A stretch of DNA of 32,407 nucleotides from Catajapyx aquilonaris. Lineage: Eukaryota. The DNA is taken from positions 1 to 32,407 of the forward strand of contig KZ539139.1 of assembly GCA_000934665.2 (NCBI GenBank), written 5' to 3'. A program made the position numbers and the translations under genes. The notes beneath the pieces were generated by a model. It did no database searches, had not been told where the DNA came from, and saw only the letters and a program-made list of their open reading frames with translations. Shown here piece by piece: positions 25,177-32,407 of the stretch. The stretch's first letter is position 1. Each line of letters starts with the position of its first letter.

Positions 25177-27895
25177 TAATAAATAGTGAATTCAGACATG
25201 GCCTGTCGACTGGAGAAGGGTGATAGGGAGGTGGAGGATCTTGTAGTAATGGCAGTCAGCCACAAGTAAAAATTGTTAGTCTGTATAACAAGCATTATCA
25301 TACATTGTGTGTGAGTGGGAGAGAGGGTGATGCTGGGATATACAGGGTGGGGCAAAAGTCATGGGCGGATTAAAATGACACAGCATGGTGTAAGTAACGA
25401 ACAAGTATATCTAAAAAAAATTACACTACACAGAGAAAGATATGCCATTTATGGATCAAGGTCCAAAAAAGTCACTTCTTGAAAACAACACCAGATAGAT
25501 GTCCTCCTTTGTGGGCAACACATTCCTTCAAGGGCCGGACGAAACCCTTCATAACACGTTCCAGCATGTCCAGGGAAATGTTTCTTACGACGTGTCTTAT
25601 CTGATCCTTAAGATCAGCCAATGACTGAGGACGTGTGGCGAACACCAAACAAATTAAAAGTCAAGTGTTTCCCAGGAAGGTCATTTTGAGATTTGGGGAC
25701 ATTCCATGGCCGGATTTGACCACCCCCGACTTCTTCTTGTGGGGGTACCAGATGAGTTTGGTGTTTGCCACAAGTCCTCAGTCATTGGCTGATCTTAAGG
25801 ATCAGGTAAGACCACCGTGAGAAACATTCCCCTGGACATTCTGGAGCGCATTATGAAGGGTTTCGTCCGGCGCTTGGAGGAATGTGTTGACCGCAAAGGT
25901 GGACATCTCTCCAGTGTTGTTTTCAAGAAGTGACTTTTCTGGACCTTGATCCATAAATGGCATATCTTTCTCTGTGTAGTGTAATTTTTTAAAAGTATAA
26001 TTGTTCGTTACTTACGCCATGCTGCGTCGTTTTAATCCACCCATAACTTTTGCCCCACCCTGTACATTAGTTATATTTTCACATCACTGGGAAATACTTT
26101 AAGGCATCAAAGTTAAGACCCTACTATTGTCTGATATGCCCTACAAATTCTCAGGGGCTTGTACAAGCTGAAAATATCCAAATTCCACATTAACCACATG
26201 CTTCTTATCAAGATGAACACCCCATGTTTTTCACATTTTGCACTGGATTCTCATGTAATTCTGGAGATACAATCCTTCAACTCTTCCCAAAGTTTACAAG
26301 TCAGACAAAACGTGGTATTTTTGTGGATGTCCACAAGGGAGAAGGACATGTGAGGGGCCTAGTGGGAATGTTGTGAACTTCCCTCACTGCATAGAAACAC
26401 GGTATAACAGAAGTCGCCCTTATATGCCACAAATGCCAAGGCTGGATTACTGAATGCATGTGGAGTCTGCATAGTTGTCAGTCAAACTCCTGAATTACAG
26501 TGGCAGAAGCTCTGCATGACCAAACAAGAGAGAAACAAAGCCCTTACATTCAAGGGTCATAGCTGATTTCCAGGTGGTCACACCTGCAGTTTACAGGCCT
26601 GCTTCCCCTGAAGGCTCAAGATGCCAAAATGCCACTTCTTTAGTATGGGAGTGTGATGTTCCATTTACAGGCCCAAAATAGTTTCCCCACAATTTCCCAT
26701 TAAAATCCTGCCATTTGTTGTTTTGACGGATTACACAATGGAAAAGCTTAATAACTATTGATCATAGCCATAGGTTAATATCACACCATAACAGTGTGTT
26801 CCTCCATTTATCCTTACCTGCCACAGCTCCTGGTTGATAACCTTGAGCGGCTGTTCCAGCGTTTATTCGGCTGCCCCTCAATGACTCTAACTCCAGCCTG
26901 AGTGAATGCAACTCCCGGGTGAGCCTTCGGTTGGCTGATTTGACTCTATCAAGCTCCAGCATGAGGGATCCCATCACTTGATTCTCCTGAGTGAGCGTGT
27001 CATCTTTCAAGTTACCTGTTAACAGTTAAAATTGTCATTTTTATAGGCAGTATAACAGATAAATTGAATGCTCTGTCCAATTTTTTATGCTGTCACAATC
27101 TCATTCAGTGAATTCTATGCAAAATATTAGCAATAATATCAGCAGTACATCCTATATGCTTAAAAATACAAATGTCACATTTTATCCTGAAATTTATTGT
27201 GGGGTACAGCTTGGAAATGATATTTCAAGCAGAAGGAGAATAAATGCAATTAGTTGTTACAAAATTATTCTTAAGGATATACCCACTGCCCTCATAAAAT
27301 ACCTTGCTGAAATCCGGAAGTTGGAAAGGCATTCTCTGAATCATCTGAAGAGTTGGCATTTGCATCTCCATTTACATTTGCAGCCAACATAGAGTCACTC
27401 CTGGTTCTCCTGAGGGTGGGAGTAGCAGGCTTAGAGCTGGCCTGCACCTGCTGGCCATCTTCTGAGGGGAGGCTGACAAAAGGATGTGCATGATGTTGGT
27501 GACACTTCTTTCCCCCTTGGCCTACTTGGAAGGGAGGGTAACGATGGTGGTAAGGGTATGGCTGAGGTGGATAAGGATAGGGCATTGGGTAGGGCATGTA
27601 TGGGTACGAGGGTGGATAGGAAGGAATATAGGAGGCATTCTTCCGGCCCCCTAATGAAGGCAGTTCCAGTCCTTCGTTGTGGATGAAGTCGTCTGAGGTA
27701 TCTGAGGAGGGATCGTCGTATGGTAAGTAGGAGTGGGGAGGATGATAGGCGGAAGGCATGTGAGATGGTGGAGGGGGAGGAGGAAAATGATCTATGCTCT
27801 GGTCCAACCAGTCTTGAAGATATGGTGCCGAGTTTCGGGGCTTGCCCGTAGGCTTGCATGACTTGAGTTTGCATTTTGCAGCCAAAGAAGTTGCC
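11661..27895 (-). CDS. MIPOL1: MIPOL1-like coiled-coil protein; 9 coding exons join(27895-27303, 27015-26818, 21493-21366, 21299-21165, 21092-21012, 13107-12989, 12934-12840, 12778-12664, 11922-11661); 5' end uncertain
   Basis: Manual splicing gives 8 GT-AG introns (287, 5324, 66, 72, 7904, 54, 61, 741 nt) with compatible phases (1,1,0,0,0,2,1,2) and one open frame to TAA at 11663-11661. It encodes 529 aa if the first in-frame ATG (27759) is used. Collinear blocks resemble vertebrate MIPOL1 as I recall it: VMGSLMLELDRVKSANRRL ~ IAFLLKELDILRTSNKKL; VLVKEIRAAEKVREEAVAARL ~ ALVEEVYFAQKERDEAVMSRL; LLEEEVARLRV ~ KLEEEIQTLRV; RLERLVADIRWK ~ KLERLVDVLRKK. The gene structure is strong; the name rests on recalled similarity only. 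Confidence 0.7.
12664..12778 (-). CDS. MIPOL1: MIPOL1-like exon 8
   Basis: AACTTCAG|GA...CAGAG|GTAAGG; 115 nt, phase 1-2; RARRGPRRVLEVEELEEATEGRGVQIRKGVPDFQVDLQ. Confidence 0.75.
12840..12934 (-). CDS. MIPOL1: MIPOL1-like exon 7
   Basis: CATTTCAG|G...GAAC|GTGAGT; 95 nt, phase 2-1; RLQQDSTLAPSATLDGIAIPRSASQGSLSILE. Confidence 0.75.
12989..13107 (-). CDS. MIPOL1: MIPOL1-like exon 6
   Basis: TTTGTTATAG|GCG...ACAAG|GTCAGT; 119 nt, phase 0-2; AQLQLAPEDNARRSPSTWEATNRRLSLLEEEVARLRVLT. Confidence 0.8.
16299..16737. mobile_element. pogo/Tigger-like MITE
   Basis: CAGTAAGACTTCTATAAGTCGAA ... TTCGACTTATAGAAGTTTTACTG|TA; subterminal TTCGAGTTA(TA)GAAG repeats; left TA degenerate. Confidence 0.7.
16582..16628. 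repeat. Perfect 23-bp inverted repeat with a 1-nt spacer
   Basis: CATTTCCGTAAAAATTGACAGAT-G-ATCTGTCAATTTTTACGGAAATG. Confidence 0.9.
19399..19785. mobile_element. Foldback MITE with ~150-bp imperfect inverted arms (unclassified)
   Basis: ACTTACCTTGTATCATACCAAACAAGGTCTGA...GTGGTCCCCT pairs with AGGGGACCAC...TCAGACCTTGTTTGGCATGATACAAGGTAAGT; possible TA TSD at 19402-19403/19781-19782. Confidence 0.8.
20059..20592 (+). mobile_element. hAT-type MITE family A, copy 1 (right end inverted-duplicated)
   Basis: TIR CAGGGCTATTCAACT / AGTTGAATAGCCCTG; body aligns along its length with 22742-23210; 20492-20592 is a near-perfect palindrome of the right end. Confidence 0.8.
21012..21092 (-). CDS. MIPOL1: MIPOL1-like exon 5
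   Basis: TTTTTATTAG|CTG...ATG|GTGAGT; 81 nt, phase 0-0; LGYTKTASDSGIGGRSARDPSLLEELM. Confidence 0.75.
21165..21299 (-). CDS. MIPOL1: MIPOL1-like exon 4
   Basis: TTTTGGCACAG|AGC...TCG|GTGTGT; 135 nt, phase 0-0; SLSSIIGLLESCESPAQLFRQRGVLLQRLGRIEERSRRRREAGLS. Confidence 0.75.
21366..21493 (-). CDS. MIPOL1: MIPOL1-like exon 3
   Basis: AAG acceptor after a T-rich tract; donor TTG|GTGAGC; 128 nt, phase 1-0; VLVKEIRAAEKVREEAVAARLACRINNNSDGSETDGKDSGSDL. Confidence 0.8.
21621..21994. mobile_element. Foldback MITE with ~110-bp inverted arms, TA-flanked
   Basis: TA|CCCCAACCCAAAAGTGATAACTTCGGAT...GAGCATAAAGATGGAGACGGCA pairs with TGCCGTCTCCATCTTTATGCTC...ATCCGAAGTTGTCACTTTTGGGTTGGGG|TA. Confidence 0.8.
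22295..22491. mobile_element. Degenerate foldback element
   Basis: AAGAGGTCATAGCCATAAGCTCAGCTTGTA / TACAAGCTGAGCTTATGGCTATGACCTCTT perfect 30-bp core, extended by imperfect outer arms. Confidence 0.65.
22742..23210 (+). mobile_element. hAT-type MITE family A, copy 2
   Basis: TIR CAGGGCTATTCAACT / AGTTGAATAGCCATG; 8-bp TSD TCCTAGAC (22734-22741) / CCCTAGAC (23211-23218). Confidence 0.85.
23219..23503. mobile_element. hAT (Charlie-like) MITE family B
   Basis: TIR CAGCGGTTCTCAAACT / AGTTTGAGAACCGCTG; perfect 8-bp TSD CCCTAGAC (23211-23218, 23504-23511); repeated subterminal CGGAACCC motifs. Confidence 0.9.
24047..24257. mobile_element. Tc1/mariner-type palindromic MITE
   Basis: TA|CAGGGTGTTCCTGATTCGTGGGTCACTTTTTGATA ... 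TATCAAAAAGTGACCCACGAATCTGGAACACCCTG|TA; nearly the whole element folds back. Confidence 0.9.
24260..24441. mobile_element. pogo/Tigger-like MITE
   Basis: TA|CAGTTGACTCCAGATATA ... GTTATAACCGGAGTCTACTG|TA; internal CTCGGTTATAACAGA-like repeats. Confidence 0.75.
24857..25181 (+). mobile_element. tRNA-Gly(GCC)-derived SINE, full length, with (TAA)n tail
   Basis: Perfect 17-bp TSD AATAGTGAATTCAGACA (24840-24856, 25182-25198); Pol III A-box TGGTAGTCTAGTGG (24866-24879) and B-box GGTTCAAATCC (24912-24922); head resembles tRNA-Gly (GCCAAGCGGGAGGCCGGGGTTC); (TAA)n tail at ~25126-25181. Confidence 0.9.
25343..26062. mobile_element. Tc1/mariner-derived foldback element made of two inverted 3' ends (~307-bp arms)
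   Basis: TA|CAGGGTGGGGCAAAAGT ... ACTTTTGCCCCACCCTG|TA; arms 25343-25650 and 25756-26062; 105-bp spacer. Confidence 0.9.
25666..25933 (+). pseudogene. C-terminal fragment of a DDD transposase (rosa/DD41D-like Tc1/mariner group)
   Basis: FPRKVILRFGDIPWPDLTTPDFFLWGYQMSLVFATSPQSLADLKDQVR /frameshift/ VRNIPLDILERIMKGFVRRLEECVDRKGGHLSSVVFKK*. This matches the WPPRSPDLTPxDFFLWGY...GGH C-terminal pattern with a small deletion in the SPDL motif. Confidence 0.8.
26818..27015 (-). CDS. MIPOL1: MIPOL1-like exon 2 (coiled coil)
   Basis: TTAACAG|GTAACTTG...GGCAG|GTAAGG; 198 nt, phase 1-1; GNLKDDTLTQENQVMGSLMLELDRVKSANRRLTRELHSLRLELESLRG...GAVA. Confidence 0.85.
27303..27895 (-). CDS. MIPOL1: MIPOL1-like exon 1 (first visible exon; Pro/Tyr/His-rich low-complexity region)
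   Basis: Acceptor TTTTTTTCCAG|G at 27896/27895 and donor CAAG|GTATTT at 27303/27302. The frame is open throughout (ATSLAAKCK...YPYMPYPMPYPYPPQPYPYHH...TSGFQQ). First in-frame ATG at 27759. Confidence 0.75.
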
Positions 27896-28109
27896 CTGGA
27901 AAAAAACAACAACAAACAATTACATACAGCTCTTCAGAGCCAGGGTGGCACTACATACTGGCAGAGTGGCAGTAGCAGTCTAGCATGCAAAATTAGCTTG
28001 GGCTAAAGTCCTCCCCCTGCTTGCACCCACCTGAACTGGTTAAGTGTCAACCCTGTGCAATGCTGCTCAGAAAATAACAGACAGCGAGACAGGAACATGT
28101 ATTAATTTT

Positions 28110-28260
28110 GTTAGCGGACTTACATTTAGTGGGACTAAACTTAGCAGAAGCTAATTGGTCCGCTAATGGTTTACAAAGTTAGCGAAAATGCTAATCAGTT
28201 AACCAAACAGTTAGCTTCGCTAATTAGTGGTTATCAGATTCGCTGAACCCTGCCCACCAC
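28110..28260. mobile_element. Truncated hAT-like element end with GTTAGC/GCTAAT subterminal repeats
   Basis: Multiple GTTAGCG/CGCTAA/GCTAAT motifs in both orientations, ending ...TGCCCACCACTG; partner end not found. Confidence 0.45.
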
Positions 28261-28307
28261 TGTTAGGAAGGAGTACTGGCACACTAAATGCATGGAGGCT
28301 GAAGTTA

Positions 28308-28519
28308 AGGCCGGTATCGACGTGCGAGTTCCTCGTATGCGAGTCCTCTCGTGCAAGAAAACTTGTACGTCGAGACGGACTCTTTGTCGCCTCAGGGCCC
28401 CTCTTGTCCCTCGAAAAGGGGATTAAGTTGAAAATTTTCAACTTTTCCTCTTTCCTCGTATCCGGGCATGCGCAGTTGGCTCCTCGTATGCGAGAAACCT
28501 CGTACGTGGATACCGGCTT
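28308..28519. mobile_element. PIF/Harbinger-like (Tourist-type) MITE
   Basis: TTA|AGGCCGGTATCGACGTGCGAG ... CTCGTACGTGGATACCGGCTT|TTA; 3-bp TTA TSD; internal CCTCGTATGCGAG repeats. Confidence 0.75.
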
Positions 28520-28800
28520 TTACATGACCAATGGTCATCATTGTGTACCACTGGTAACATCTAAGAGGCGAAGAAAGTAATCCATCAGGAAATTAATTCT
28601 CCATGGTTTTCCTATATAATTTATGGGAAGACATGTCAGAGAGTGCTTAAGAGTAAACCCAGTCTGCAGTAGCCATAAGAAGTGGTATCAGTTGACATTT
28701 TATTTCATGTCATTGTGCGCTTGCTAATTCCAGTAACGTCATGAAATTTTTTTGGAGTCCTCTTCAATGTAGCTACGTGGATTCGAGTTACTTAATTACT

Positions 28801-29173
28801 AAAAAATTGCGAAGCCAAGTAGTGAAAATGAATCGCGAAGTCAGGGTCGAAATTGTGCATTTTACAATTTCATGACGATAATGACATATGAAGTCTATCC
28901 CTCAAAAATGTGCATCCATGTGTTGTGATGGGTGCCTGGCTTGATATAGAAATTTTAAAAATTAGTTATACATTTTGGCTATTAAATAATGTAATACACA
29001 AAATGTATCACTAATTTTTAAAATTTCTATATCAAGCCAGGCACACCATCACAACACATCATGGATGCACATTTTTGAAGGACAGACTTCACGCATCAGG
29101 ATGAAATGGAAAAAATGCACAATTTCGACCCTAATGTCGCGATTTATTTTCACTACGTTGCTTCTCATTTTTT
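28801..29173. mobile_element. Long foldback element (~175-bp arms), termini unclear
   Basis: GTGCCTGGCTTGATATAGAAATTTTAAAAATTAGT / ACTAATTTTTAAAATTTCTATATCAAGCCAGGCAC, extending outward through AGGGTCGAAATTGTGCATTTT / AAAATGCACAATTTCGACCCT. Confidence 0.75.
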
Positions 29174-29651
29174 TCGACTGGGTTTCTTCTTAGGCTGTGA
29201 AATAAGTCTCTCACATTGTCTGGTGGTTCACATAAATGAACCATTCATTCTTTGTCAATATCAGTTAACTGTTTTTAGCTCCAAGCCTCTTATTTTAAGC
29301 AGTGACTTTGTAGTTACTTTCAGAGGTTTTCAAAAGTATCAGCTGCTAATATTATGTTGTATTGAATTATTGGCCCAAGCTATTGGGAATGGCCCACTGG
29401 AACAATTGGAATTGATCATCAATAACTGAATCCATTTTGTTTGTAGGCCAGAGTCCCTTGCAGCTGTAAAACGGATGGGTTCATACAACCTAATATTACC
29501 AAGTAATACTTTTAACCACTAAGAGTTACTACTCAAAGGTAACTTCTTAAAATAAGCAGCTCAGTGCCAAAAATTGCTATCCACTCACATTTCAATTGGA
29601 ACACCCTGCACAGTATAACTTCTACTGCTCTTTAAAATTAGTAGCTAATTA

Positions 29652-30567
29652 CAACAGTTTGACAAAATAATAGGAACACCTGCAAAAAGCTGTTGAAACT
29701 TCGCGTCTGTTTTATTCGAAAACCGAAAGTTACAAAGAAAACTTTAACCGGGTTTTGAAGCTCTGTCGATGTACTGGACATTTGTCTTAAGTCTGCAGGT
29801 GATGGAATAAATCACGAGAAGGTAAAAGAAACAAAAGACGACCCCCCCCCCCCACCCCAGTGTTGACTAAAGTGTTCCAGCCTTGTCATTTGAAAATGAA
29901 AACAGTAATGGATATGAACTTGACTGGGCTTTGAATCTCTTTTGATGTCACTTTGTGAGGTATAGAGATGGATCAATAATCACGNNNNNNNNNNNNNNNN
30001 NNNNNNNNNNNNNNNNNNNNNNNNNNNNNNNNNNNNNNNNNNNNNNNNNNNNNNNNNNNNNNNNNNNNNNNNNNNNNNNNNNNNNNNNNNNNNNNNNNNN
30101 NNNNNNNNNNNNNNNNNNNNNNNNNNNNNNNNNNNNNNNNNNNNNNNNNNNNNNNNNNNNNNNNNNNNNNNNNNNNNNNNNNNNNNNNNNNNNNNNNNNN
30201 NNNNNNNNNNNNNNNNNNNNCCCCCCCCCCCCCCCCCCTCGCGTGATTATTATTGGGCCATCGTCTCTATACCTCACAAAGTGGAATACCCAGTAAAGTT
30301 CACATCCATAACTGTTTTGGTTTTCAAATGACACGGCTGGAACACTTTGGTCAAAAATGGGGCCTGGGAGGAGGGGGGTCGTTCGTCTTTTGTTTCTCTC
30401 CCATTCTCGTGATTTTCGCGTCATTTGTATATCAAGACAAATGTAAATCGACAGAGCTTCAAAACATGGTAGAATTCATATTTGCAATTTTTCCAGTTTT
30501 CTAATAAAACCGACGCGATGTTTCAACTCCTTTTTCCAGGTGTTCCTATTATTTTGTCCAACCCCTG
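29652..30567. mobile_element. Tc1/mariner-type foldback MITE spanning an assembly gap
   Basis: TA|CAACAGTTTGACAAAATAATAGGAACACCTG pairs with CAGGTGTTCCTATTATTTTGTCCAACCCCTG|TA; ~330-bp diverged arms on each side of the N run 29985-30220. Confidence 0.8.
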
Positions 30568-31766
30568 TACTTTTAAGCCTTTTCTAAATCACTCGCAGCA
30601 AGCTCTTGCTCGCTATAGATTCCTGTTGCACCTTCCACACATGAGAACACATCGATACCCTGGACGCATATTATCATACAGAGTGACTGCTACTGACAGG
30701 TTATTGTATGTTCCGCCATTTAAAAAAAAAAAACGCTGAGAAGCTTTCCATTACATTTGACAAGTTAGTAAGTTTTGGTAAGGTTTTGGTAAGTTTCCAC
30801 TGTAAGATTATCTAGGGTCTGTTAGCAACCAGGTTTCAGTGAATTTGCTTTGCACTAATGGCCAAATTGTCATTGCTAACTCAAATTCCATCAATCAAGG
30901 TGGCACATATGACATTATGCCTGGCTATTCAAAATGGAGAGCTGATTTTGACCTAATCTCCTGGGAGAACAACAGTTCATTTGAAAGTTTTATACAGACA
31001 TTTTTAAAATGGAGGGTGGCTGATTTTCTACAATGCACCCTCTTCTTCTCTTCCTCCACTACACGTCTACACCTATAATTACGAGTATGTCAAACTATCC
31101 TCAAGCAGCATCCAATACAAATTTCAAAACGTATGCAACGTAATCAATACGTAGGCATCGACGTATGCCCCCAAGGTGATCATTAGGGGTAGTTTTTAAC
31201 GGGGAAGGTTTTTAGCACATTGTATTGACCTCCGAGGTCATCCTTGGCCGCAGGAGGCGAAATACCATGTCCCCATAAGGTCCCATCACGTTTATCACGG
31301 AGCTAATACTCTCATCACCAACAGTTATATTATAGCTACTTCCCAAAGCAGCTATTGTTACTTCCACGTCTACAGTCCCAGGGGACAAAAGCCCTATCTC
31401 CAAAACCAATAAGACGAAAGACATATCAGAGCCTCCACGCGACATTCGTCTTTACCAGTTTTGTAGATAGGGCCTTTTTCCTTGAGACGGCAGAAGGGAG
31501 TTGTGTGCCGCGACTCCCGCCGCGCCCTATTGTACCTACAGGTGCCACTTATGTTTTCATTGGCGCAATCGGCGTCTGCAACGCAATGGAAAAATGCACC
31601 CTAAGTTACCCTGGCTGCAGAAATTTTTGCCAAAATCTTTCTCGGCATCCTTGAATTGGCACTAAACTGCTAATTTTAACAGTTCCTTTTGCATGTTTAT
31701 TGTTATCAAAAGTATTAGCTGCCAATATTAGGTAACGTGAGCCCATCCTTTTTAATGATAGAGTTG

Positions 31767-32034
31767 GGTTGACAGGCATCGCGGATGGCGGGAGGGTGAG
31801 TGGTGGCTGCTGGGGGCAGTTGCTGAGTCGTAAAAACGGACCAGACACTCTGAAGGATATGCGTGTATCCGCTGAAGATAGGCCTGTATCCGCAAGGAAC
31901 GAAGGTTAGGTTAGGTTGGTACAGCATACCCCTTCCCAAATCCAAAAAATCAATACTGGCATCCTTGCGTTAGAGACACAGCCACTGTCCTCGGCCACTA
32001 CTCACCCTCCCGCCCTCCGCGATGCCTGTCAACC
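31767..32034. mobile_element. MITE with ~40-bp GC-rich TIRs and an internal short (TTAGG)n
   Basis: GGTTGACAGGCATCGCGGATGGCGGGAGGGTGAGTGGTGGC / GCCACTACTCACCCTCCCGCCCTCCGCGATGCCTGTCAACC; GGTTAGGTTAGGTT near 31905; no TSD seen. Confidence 0.7.
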
Positions 32035-32053
32035 GTACTACTTCCCCTTATAA

Positions 32054-32331
32054 CCCTGGAACCGTGCCGTGGGGTCTTTTTGGACCCCAAGGTATTAAAA
32101 TGTATTAAAATGCATTAAAATTATAATTACAATGAACTTTTGCCTATTTTTACAGTATATAACAGGAAGTGCATGTTTATTTTGAATTAGCGATCATCTT
32201 AGGCATTGTTCAAAGAATGATTGCATATAGTCAATACATTGAAAAGTATTATATAAAAATTAATCGAAATTAAAATATAGATGTGGTCCGAAAAGACCCC
32301 ACGGCACGGTTGCCGTAACTTTCAGGCAGGG
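32054..32331. mobile_element. piggyBac-like MITE
   Basis: ATAA|CCCTG ... CAGGG|TTAA; subterminal inverted repeats AACCGTGCCGTGGGGTCTTTT / AAAAGACCCCACGGCACGGTT at unequal distances from the two ends; 10-bp G(T/C)ATTAAAAT x3 inside. Confidence 0.7.
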
Positions 32332-32407
32332 TTAACCTGTTGACGCCGGAGTTTCTGGCAGGTTTTTCAAGGGCCGTACGCAGGGGGAGGGTTTTGGGGG
32401 TTCAACC

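Noticed and set aside
24747..25355. ORFs of 158 aa (+) and 146 aa (-) with poly-Ile or poly-Tyr
   Set aside because: They are read-throughs of the SINE and its (TAA)n tail.
29948..30424. Long ORFs on both strands
   Set aside because: They consist mostly of N-gap codons inside a foldback MITE.
31212..31654. Candidate upstream first exon (77-aa minus ORF; ATG near 31648 with donor at ~31608)
   Set aside because: The donor is phase 0 relative to that ATG, whereas the exon at 27895 needs phase 2 for the main frame. No similarity was recognised.
1..32407. CRISPR array, prokaryotic operon or defence system, intact transposase or reverse transcriptase
   Set aside because: There are no regularly spaced direct repeats with unique spacers and no long intronless ORFs. 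The only transposase sequence is a broken C-terminal fragment.

Overview
Eukaryotic genomic DNA from an invertebrate animal, probably an arthropod, in a draft assembly with N gaps at 17166-17180 and 29985-30220. One gene is well supported: a spliced minus-strand gene with 9 coding exons between 27895 and the stop at 11661. All 8 introns are GT-AG and the phases join into one frame. The product is a coiled-coil protein whose conserved blocks resemble MIPOL1 (mirror-image polydactyly 1), with a long Pro/Tyr-rich N-terminal part and a C-terminal -VTDL motif. Its 5' end is not resolved. Most of the remaining sequence is intron or intergenic DNA rich in small non-autonomous transposons: Tc1/mariner, pogo/Tigger-like, hAT, PIF/Harbinger-like, piggyBac-like, EnSpm-like and unclassified foldbacks, plus one intact tRNA-Gly-derived SINE. 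Notable structures are two cases of different MITEs stacked at one target site, a mariner foldback built from two transposase 3' ends, and clustered RFX X-box-like motifs. I see no convincing novel multi-gene system. Most ORFs in the supplied track look spurious. Family assignments are from recalled motifs, not database searches.
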